Of a stretch of DNA of 64,000 bases, positions 54,690-64,000 are shown one piece after another. The stretch comes from Nageia nagi (lineage: Eukaryota > Plantae > Pinophyta): positions 82,088,001 to 82,152,000 of the forward strand of contig JBITNC010000001.1 in NCBI GenBank assembly GCA_050084985.1, written 5' to 3'. The position numbers were made by a program, and so were the translations under genes. The notes beneath the pieces were generated by a model. That model ran no database searches. It was not told the origin of the DNA and saw nothing but the letters and a program-made list of their open reading frames with translations. Numbering within the stretch: the first letter of the stretch is position 1; every line of letters starts with the position of its first letter.

Positions 54690-55340
54690 TAAGTCTATTG
54701 ATTCCTTCAAAACCTTAGTTCGAATATTTATGGGTCAATACAAGCATAATATTAAAGAACAAGGCAATATATTGGAATTATGTGCACTTCATCAAGCAAG
54801 CAATGAAACCATAGAGAAGTATGTCTTACGCTGCAAAAAGGTATGGCACACTACTCGAGTTAAACTAGATGAATCTGAGATTTGTGGCATATTTCCTAAA
54901 TCTATTATTCCTCTACTTCAATTGCATGCTCCTAGTAGGATGTTGGTTTTAGTACTCTACTTCAACAATTAGTGCAAAAACAGAAAGTTTTATTATCTAT
55001 AGGAGAACTTAAATATACATCTAACAAAGACAATAGGAAATCATACACCAAGAAAGAGGACAAACCAGTTAATATGGCAAATAGACCCAAGACTCCTCCA
55101 AAGGCACAAAGATCTACTTCCTCAAAAGATACCAACTACACATTTCCAATTCCACCAAGAATTCTTTTGAGGGACTTAATAAAGAAAGGCCTCCTACACC
55201 CGCTTGAAAAAGTTGATGATGATACCCCTTTGGAACACTTTGAGGCATATTGTGCTTATCATCAAAGAAAAGGGCATGCTACACTTTGCAAAACATTGGA
55301 AGCAGCTATCATAGCCCTCATAGAACGAGGAAGGTACAAG
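54690..55340 (+). pseudogene. gag: gag fragment (continues at 61101)
   Basis: SIDSFKTLVRIFMGQYKHNI, LHQASNETIEKYVLRC, knuckle YCAYHQRKGHATLC. Reads IERGRYK|IDEHHAK across the removed solo LTR. Confidence 0.8.
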
Positions 55341-56677
55341 TGTTGGTATGTTTTTCTTTCCTCGCTCAAAACATGCACAAGAGTTGGAGGAAACAACATT
55401 ACTTGTTCTTGCCTAAAAGGATTGGTTACCCAAGCGCTCACATGGAATATGTTCTTAATGGTTCAAGAGTCAGAGATGCATGTTGTTAACCGTATACAAG
55501 GGAAACTCACATCGGGATTCCTTTCCTTATTGAGGAAAGATTGCAAATGTGAACAAAAACGAAGAAAGATCACAAATGCAGGGAAAAAAGATGAGGATAA
55601 ATGCAAGGGAATGCAAGGAAAGGAAAGGATCTATGAGGGCGTCACCAGGGATACAGTGCCTCGGCAGGTCGTCTTCAAATTCATTAAGGTTGATACACTC
55701 ACTATCATGTCGGGCAGTAAATCGCAAATATGCTTAAATCACTACCAGACAAGAGCAAGAAGCTGTGGGCTCTTTATGGAAGACTCAATGGAAAGGGATA
55801 AAGATGGAGTGAGGCCATAAGTGCAGTAACCTAGCCGAATGATATAAAGACAAGTTGTAAGCCTCAGAATATATCCACTTGCGTGCAAACTATGCAAAGA
55901 AAAGGATCAGACTCTTTCACAAAATAATCAATATGCAATTCATAGAAAGAACCATTAAGATATGCATAATCCCACAAATGATGTTCCTCATAGTATGAAT
56001 ATGGTTTTATTCCTCTAAACAAAACACATTCATATTGATTTTCAATAACAGAACATGCATAGAACCCCTTATGCAGCAATCTTCTATACAATGGAATGTG
56101 AATCTTATGATATGCAAAAGCTCAAAATGATTATACGAATGAACTCAATAGCCACAATCTCAAGATGCAAGAACTCCAATATATGATGCTTTCATTATGT
56201 GCAAAGTCCCATGCAAAAATAGTACAAGATCATATCATAAATTCCTCATGCAAAATGGGGTATAAATAGGTCATTAGAAGTGATGCCCTAAAGGCATCAA
56301 ATTTGATACGACATGCACACACGCAACACACATATCGATACAAAATCAGATATCATCACGCAAGACTATGTAAGTGGCATCTAAAGCTGACAAAATATAG
56401 ATGCCATAGTTGCAATGCATCTACTCTACATCTATTCTATCCAACATGAAATTAGATATGCAATAAATAGACTGCAAAGGTCTGACATCAAAACCGGCTG
56501 GAGCAAAACCTCATCCCTGCACTGATTAGAGTCATGAACAAATCTGACAAATTTGATTTGGCAAGAGCAAAACCTAATCCCTACGCCAGTCAAAACAAAG
56601 TAAAGTCTGACAAGCAACCTGTATGCATTAAACATAAAGTAAAGGTACTGCAGAAGAAGCCTACAAGTGAATAAGAT

Positions 56678-59425
56678 CTAGGCCAGATCTGATTCAGTAC
56701 GGGCGGAGTTCCACTACTCGCTGGTGAGACCATAGGATTCGATGGTCTCCCCCAAAGAACGCAGCGGTCTTCTGCATGCCACTAGAGGTCATACCAATGG
56801 TACTACCATTTTGTCGGAACTAATCCTCAATCTTCTTGATAGTGGCCTGCATTTGGTACCTCTAGATGACCATTCGCCTCTCGTGCACGATAGGAAGTCC
56901 TACCTTCAACAAGTTTAGATCCTCGACCTCAAGATGCTCCTGGATCAGATTCTGGGCCTCTACCAATACTGCTTCCTTCTTTTGAACATTATTATCCTCC
57001 TCTTGGAATTTAAGCTCGTAAAGATATTCGCTCATTTGCTCCTCCACTTCCTTTCACAAGGGGATCCTTACTTTGAGAACACCATTGCACTTCTCGAGTG
57101 CATGGTTCAACCAATCATGGTGATAGGTGAACTCATGGCAGTAGACCAATTTCTTGGGATTATCGGCAAAAGTGTGCTATAGGTGGGAGACATTGGGAAG
57201 GTAACTATCCAACTGGCCGAGGTGAGTAGTCATCTGACCTCTAAGATCCCTAATCTAAATACCCTCGGCTAGAAGCTTGTAAATGCGTGAAGACAATCTC
57301 TCGACGGTCTCCACCATCTCATTCTTGAGACGCTCCTTCATGAGTTCCCACCCCTCATGGAAGGAAGTTTGTTTTCGCAAATGCAAGGGAGTGGTGCTAA
57401 TTTTCTGGAACTCCTTTATAATTTTCCGACTGGCTGTGAGCTCCTTTGATTTCTTCATTTCCCTTTTAGCTTCAAAGCCTTCCTGTTCCATGACTGCAAC
57501 CTTCTAGGTAACAATGTGTTTCCTGGCCGTTAACCCTAGCTTGACTGGCATCTTGAAATTTTTGATAACACAATCCTCGGCCCTTTGAGGATGCTTCTCC
57601 TTGGAGTAGCAATGGCTGATTGAGATCTCCTTTCGAGAGGTGGAGACAAAAGTGTCCACCCTTCGAATTTTCTCCCCATCCAAAAGTTCTTCTTCCCCTT
57701 CCTCAAACTGCAAGTCCTGTTCTATATCTTCATCGCGAGCCATACTCATGCTGAGGGCTCTAAGGCATGCATCTAGATCAAGGTTTGGATGTTCGATCGC
57801 TGGTCGACAGGGAAACCTTTGAACCCACAACATTCCTTTATCAACTTTCTTAGCCTCCTTTGCTAGGGTAGTTGGAACTACCGCTATCTCCTTGCCCTAG
57901 TGCTCTTCTTGCCTTCTCTTCTTCTTTTGTTCTTCTATTTCTCCATCTTCTTCTTCATCTCCTCCACTACCACCTAGAGATATGCCTGTATTTCGAAGCT
58001 GGGAAGATTTATCATGACTCCTCTTAGTAGAGGTTTTACGCGAGGGAGACCTTTTCTTGGGTTCAGCAGGAGACGAATTGGAGGCAACCACCTCTCTAGC
58101 GCACTTGTGGCCAAGTATCTGGACATCATCATCATAAGTGCCTACATCCACTATCTCATCTTCCGGGATGAATTCTACTTCCGTCTCATCAGGTGCTGAA
58201 GCACCAATGGCTATGTCTTCTAGCGGAGGTGAATGGGCAGCGTTGGCATCACCTCCCTCTTCTTCTTCTCTCTGGTTCTCTGACTCTTCTGCAAAGTCTT
58301 CAGCCATACGGTCAAGGTTTCCATCAGCATCTTCATCAGAAGAAGAGGAAGAGGTCTTGGAGCTGCTAGAACTTTGCTGTAAAGGGGGAACTTTCCCTCT
58401 TTGTCCAGGAGAATGGGTCGATTTGGAAGGAATCGCTTCCATGGGGGAGTCACTCCCACATGCTGTGTTTATCTCATCGTCCAGCAAATCTAAAGGGAGA
58501 GCACAATACCCAACATCTTTGAGGTCAGCTTCCAACACACTACGCTTACTGGGCCCTAGAAGGAGCTCTCTCGAGGCCTCTTGCCTTTTTCCTGCAAAAA
58601 GCAAGGGCTTCTCTTTTGGTGAGGACGTTGTGTGCACAGGAGATTTGATCTTCAAAGTGGCCTCCTTAGATCGGGGTTTGACAGTTTAAGGCCTCTGAGG
58701 AAGCTTTTCTGCCTAAAGGGGAGCCTTTTTTTTACTCAAATGAGCTGTGATGCGCGCAATTTCGCCTTCGTCCTACATGTTCCTATACATTTCTTCACCT
58801 CCCAAAGATTTGTGAGGAAATGCAATGGGCCAATGAAAAGCAATGTCATAGAAATGGGCAATCATCCCCTCAGGATCATAGTTCCTAGCAACAGCTTCCC
58901 TGAAGAAGTTATACTATTGTAACTCCTCCCGCATGTGTGTTGCCTCCAACCAAGTCTGACACACATATCCAGATATAGAAATAGGCAAATTGATGGTGGC
59001 GTTTTTCTTCTTCCAGACCTTCTCCTTCAGGAACAAGAGCTACCTGGCAAACTCCATGAGGACCAATCTATTGCTGACATACCTAGGCAGGAGCATTGGC
59101 TGCTCCTCCAAGCCATAAACTTTGATGTAGGTGAAGTCAACGTCATGCAAAAAAAAGTCTGCATGCACGCAAATAGCCTGGATAGCAACATAGGAAATCC
59201 TCTTCACCACGGACTCTCCCTTAATATCCTTGTAGATAGCATATTCCCAAGCATCAGTTTTTTCATAAAAATACTCAAATTTATTTTGGCACCATCATTT
59301 CTGGTATGTGCTCCACACGGGGTTGTTCTTCTCTCCCAATTACGTCTCAATAGCCAACTCCTTGGATCTGACCTTGTCATGCAATAACAGGTATACCAGG
59401 TAAGATTTCATGTAGAATCTCTAGG
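56678..59425 (-). pseudogene. LTR-encoded ORF, copy C (N-terminus deleted)
   Basis: Pieces 57897-58655, 57504-57833, 57255-57491 and 56862-57047 are homologous to copies A/B, with the same stop context (DLA*). Confidence 0.78.
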
Positions 59426-60155
59426 TGCTTGAGCATGCATGAAAAATGATGCGACCAGGCCCTGAAATGAGTGCAATGTCTTCTAATGTTCCTTCCTTGG
59501 TCCCATGTTTTAGGATGGATGCTTAAGCATGTATGGAAAATGATGCGACCAAAAAGAACGATGAAAATGAGATATGAAATGCTCAAGGAGAGGGTGATAT
59601 TTATAGGTTTGCTCTTGGGCCAGGTGTTACTCTCTTACCAACTCACTAAAAGGTCAAATAGGAAGCTTACAAACAAGGTCCCATGGATGGTGGAGGGTAC
59701 AAAAGGACCAGATAGGAATGGTGTGATTAGGAAATGAGGCTAAGGGACTTAGTCAATTTCCAACATACTAGAGCTCTTAACTCCCTTGTTGCATCCTTTT
59801 GGATGGGTGCTCAAAGCACATGCTTGAATCCTTGTGCCCAACCCTTAGCACACTTCCCAAAGTCTAAATCTGTGAACAAAACTTGAAAAAGGTGTAGGAT
59901 GTCCTTGTTCGCACATCCAGGAAGGGGAGCTTTTTCTCCTATCTACCCACGCTTTGGCCCTCCTCAATTTTGCAAACTGAAATGAAGGGAGGTGACTTCC
60001 CTTTTATAGCCTTCAAGGCGGGACATGTGTCACCATGAGATAGGTGCAAGATGAGGTCCAGTGCATGCGCTTCCACTTGTCACTAACATCCAACACTTAG
60101 CTTATTTCCTCATCTCCATCCCAGCTCTAAAATTTGGCTAAGTGTTCTCTAAGCT

Positions 60156-60650
60156 GGTCGCACCCTTTGGGAGGAGTGCAAAACGACTCACTCCAATGCA
60201 TGCGACAACCTTCGAGGCTCCAAAAATATGCTAAGTGTGAAATTCCTGGTTGCATGGTTCCTGAAGAGTGCAAAGGGACTCACTCCAATGCATGCGACAA
60301 CCTTTGAGGCTCCAAAAATATGCTAAGTGTGAAATTCCTGGTCGCATGGTTCCTAAAGAGTGCAAAAGGACTCACTCCAATGCATGCGACAGCCTTTGAG
60401 GGGGAAAAAATACGCTAAGTGTGAAATTCTTGGTCGCATGGTTCATAAAGAGTGCAAAAGGACTCACTCCAATGCATGCGACTTGAGGCTCCAAAAATAT
60501 GCTAAGTGTGAAATTCTTGGTCGCATGGCTCCTGAAGAGTGTAAAAGGACTCACCCCAATGCATGCGACATCTTCAAAATGATGCCAAGTCTAAAACATT
60601 GGTCGCACCCTTTGAGAGGAGTGCAAAAGAACTCAACTGAATGCATGCGA
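60156..60650. repeat. Tandem array, ~92-bp unit, ~5 copies, each with one GTCGCA-N38-TGCGAC site
   Basis: GAGTG(C/T)A anchors at 60174, 60266, 60358, 60450, 60537. Confidence 0.92.
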
Positions 60651-61100
60651 CATCAAAGGGGGGCAAGAAAAAATGCTAAGCATGAGATGAATCCCAACCT
60701 AGTCACACCTTCTCCAGAGGGTGCAAAAAGGGCTCCCTCAAAAACATGCGACAAGCTGAAAACATGCCTTTTCCTTGCATTTTTCGACAACATGATGACA
60801 AACAAGATGCAAAGTGGGTGAAATGCAAAAGGAAAGCCCTCAGAAGCCTTTTAAAATACATGATGTAAATCGCATGGTTGAAAGGAGGTGCAAAAATACT
60901 CTATGAAAAACATGCGACACGAAAAAAGTATACGAGAAATGACATTACTACTGTGAAAATGCAAACTATACATGTTTTCAACATCATCCGAAAGGTATGC
61001 ATCTTATTAGATAGATTTCATGCAATCTTTTCTTCCTTTACGTTTCCTGAGGGTCCTTAAAATTCAAAAAATTTTGGGGTGGTGTTGTGTAGCCACAACA

Positions 61101-64000
61101 ACAAGATTGATGAACATCATGCTAAACAAGGAGATGTCGTCAATGTGATCACAGTAGTCAAAGAGGTGTGTGCTAACTTGGGAAGAGGACGTCCATGCAA
61201 TGTTCCAAATCCAATTAACACTGAACAAGTAAGTGTCCCACCTGATCCTAAAGTTTACAGTATGATTGATCAATTAAAAAATACAGTAGCCAAGATTAGC
61301 TTGTATGATCTCATTTTTACTTCTCAAACTCATAGGGATGTTTTATATACTTTATTTAAGAATGAAACTGTTCCTCCTAACATTTCAACGGCTATATTTT
61401 TTGAGAAGCTCCAAACCATTAGGAAAAGTGACACTATCTCCTTTCACAAATCTGAAATACTCAACCAAGAACTACTAGATGAGTGTGCAGCTTTAAATAT
61501 CACCCCTTTGGTAGATGAATGGGAAGTCAAAAGAACCATAGTAGACAATGGTTCAATTGTGAATGTGTGTGCTAACCATTTTTTGACTCAATTACAAGAA
61601 AAAGGCGTAACCATCCCCCCATTAGAAGGATACTTTCAAAATTAGCGCCTATGATAGTTCTTCTAAGAAACCACTAGGCATACCTACCATCATGATTACC
61701 ACAAGAGTTAGAACTATTATAGCCAAGTTTCAGGTAGTTGATTCCAAGTTGTCTTACAACATGCTTTTAGGAAGACCTTGGATCCATAATATAGAAGTTG
61801 TTCCTTCTACATTACATGGTAGATTGAAATTTGAATTCCAATGAGAAGTACATATAATCTTAGCTGATCCTAAACCCTATGCACTATGCAATGTTGCTGA
61901 CTTTGAGGAGATGGCCTTGCTTCCACCACTTTTCAAAATAGAACCCTTGGATGATCCCACACCGAAGGTAAATACAGAAAAACAGGTGCAAATCACAGAA
62001 ACAGTTATGGGCACTTACACAATAGATGATACAGACTTACTTGTGTCCGTTAAAGACTTGGGACAGCCTCAAATATTGGTTGTTTCAGGCCGCCAACATC
62101 ATGTTGTTCTGCATACAGGGCGCCAACGTCGTACGGTTGATGATGTCAATGACCCTTCCAGCTCTATTATGTCTGAAATGATGAACCAGTATTCTGCAGA
62201 CGATGTCCTCGTGTCTTCCAAATCAAGTAAAACCTTTCCTTCTACTTTTGCTCAAAATTATATAGTTAACAATTGCAAGTATAGGAGAGGAGGTTTAGGT
62301 GAAACTGAGCAAGGTATGTTTGATTTTTCTATTTTTCCACAAAAATAGCTTACTAAGACAAGTCTAGGTAGTGTTGGATAGGTCCAAAAAAAATGAGGTC
62401 CCATATAGTTTGTTAAAACATCTAATGAAATTGATGAAGATATGTGGATTGATCATATAGCTTGCCTCTTGCCTTTGATTGTTTCAGTATTGATGATAAT
62501 TTGCTTGAATACTTGGGGGCACATTTTGAATTGCCCATTTCTAACGAAAAACGTCATGCCTCTTATATGCTTCATGAGTATGCTTACTTTGGCCAAGAGG
62601 TCAATTTTCATGATGTGTTACAGGTTCAACCCGTAGAAGAAGCTGAGATTGTTGTTCCTACTATAGAGGATTTGCCATCATTATTACCAACAAAGAAGGA
62701 TCTCACCTTCCCACAAGAAGAGTTGCTAAACATTAACATTGGTAATACAAATAAGGAGAGATTGCTTCAAATTGGAGCAACCCTAGCCTCTTCCGAGAAA
62801 GAAAGATTTGCAAAGTGGCTAATGTTATTGCAGGAATTTGATATTAATGTGGAGAAGCAAGAATCCGTTAAAGGACAGGCCATTGCAGATCTGATAGCAG
62901 ATTTCCCTTAGGAAGGTGAGGAGGTTGTCCACGAAGAATTTCCTAACATTTTTGAGGAGGAGCCACGACGCTAGCAGCCTGACGACCTATCAACAGGGCG
63001 CCAGCGGTGCAACTTTGAAGAGATCTTCGTCCTTGATGATTATATTTGTCTTCTAGAGGATGAGCCTGTAGTCTAGACACTGTATTTTGATGGTTCTAGA
63101 TGCATTCACGAAGCAGGGGCAGGTATTGTTTTGGTCTCCCCTACCAATCAAGTAATTCCTATTGTGTATAAATTGGATTTCAAATGCACTAATAATATGG
63201 TTGAGTATAAAGCTTTGATACTGGGATTGAAGGCGGCTTTAGAACTGAAAATCGCAGACATAGAAATTTATGGGGACTCATAGCTTGTCAACCAAGTGAA
63301 GGGTACTTATGATACCAAAGATGAGAAGCTAAGGCCTTATAGGGTGGTTGTGATTGAGTTGCTGGATAGGCTTGACAATTATACTATTGAGACCATTCCT
63401 AGGACTAATAACAAATATGCAAACGCTATGGCAAGTGCATCCACTTTGATACCAATTGAGCTTGAAGATGAGGAGACCATTCTCACTATCCGTAAGTTAA
63501 GATCTCCATCTTACACAACTCATCTTCGTTCTATTCTTTCTTGTCTTATTGCCAATGATGATGTTTTTCAAGACTGGTATTTTGATATCTATAGCTACTT
63601 AAGAGACCAAAGTATTCCTTCTAGATATACTAAGAATGATAGACTAAGATTGAGAAGGACTGCTATGAAATATGTTATCATTGGTGATATTTTATATAGA
63701 AGATCCTTTGATGGTGCTTTGTTGAGATGTTTAACACAAGATGAGATAGCTCCTACTTTAGAGCAAGCTCATGATGCATTATGTGGTGGCCATTTTCATG
63801 ACAAAGCTTTTTATACAAAGATGATGAGAATATGGTACTATTGGCCCACTATGGAAAAAGATTGTCAAACTCATGTGAAAGCATGTGTGCCATGCCAAAA
63901 GCATGCAAACTTAAAAAAACAGCCCACTCAAGAACTCAATTCCATTATTTCTCCATGGCCCTTTGCTACTTGGCGCATAGATTTGATTGGCATGATTAAT
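61101..64000 (+). pseudogene. pol: gag C-term/protease - (RT deleted) - RNase H end - archaeal RNase H - integrase N-terminus, degenerate
   Basis: Protease VKRTIVDNGSIVNVC and YNMLLGRPWIH; KWLMLLQEFDI..VKGQAIADLIADFP; aRH TLYFDGSRCIHEAGAGIVL, CTNNMVEY, IYGDS; integrase Zn finger HDALCGGH...CVPCQKH, SPWPFATW.IDLIG. Confidence 0.9.

Larger units (their letters stand above)
55341..61100 (-). mobile_element. 5760-bp solo giant LTR carrying the LTR ORF
   Basis: TGTTG...CAACA termini. TSD ACAAG at 55336-55340 and 61101-61105. Collinear with both LTRs of the 25706-51637 element but more diverged. Confidence 0.92.
52991..64000 (+). mobile_element. Ogre/Retand-type Tat Gypsy element (partial LTR, gag, PR, deleted RT, aRH, integrase; runs off the window)
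   Basis: LTR start TGTTGTCTACACAACAACCCC, similar to the giant-LTR start. Motif-rich U3 to ~54680 is fused to gag. Confidence 0.75.

Noticed and set aside
54972-55820. 282-aa ORF as a real gene
   Set aside because: Chimeric: gag sequence reads by chance into the reverse strand of the inserted solo LTR at 55341.
58138-59387. Plus-strand ORFs 58138-58689 and 58935-59387 (and similar ones opposite pol genes)
   Set aside because: Antisense shadows of the minus-strand coding sequence.
60360-60821. 153-aa Cys/Lys-rich repetitive ORF
   Set aside because: Translation of the 92-bp tandem array; the unit length is not a multiple of three.
52991-61100. One 8-kb element bounded by long inverted termini
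   Set aside because: No shared TSD. The ends belong to two related LTRs in opposite orientation, and 55341-61100 has its own TSD.

Overview
Eukaryotic, transposon-saturated plant DNA. The element families and giant LTRs suggest a large gymnosperm-type genome (inference). No intact host gene, RNA gene or CRISPR array is supported. The window is a nest of retroelements that target-site duplications (TSDs) let me resolve. (i) hAT and LINE relics plus a 4-kb 5' LTR at 1-7.3 kb. (ii) A Tat-type Ty3/Gypsy relic at 7.8-14 kb. (iii) A ~1.2-kb solo LTR (TSD TGTTG) holding a very young, internally deleted Ty1/Copia (TSD ACGCC) with an array of covarying hairpins in its 3' region. (iv) A ~26-kb Tat-type element (25706-51637, TSD GATGA) whose ~5.5-5.8-kb LTRs each contain a decayed protein-coding ORF of up to ~3.4 kb. 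It is itself invaded by a solo Copia LTR, a second ~1.2-kb solo LTR and a near-intact Copia with an extra upstream ORF. (v) An Ogre/Retand-type element from 52991 whose gag is split by a 5.76-kb solo LTR of the same ORF-bearing family (TSD ACAAG). The strongest candidate for an undescribed system is the pairing of an LTR-encoded protein with many GTCGCA-N38-TGCGAC sites (fixed spacing, variable spacer) clustered in the LTRs of three different Tat-type families.
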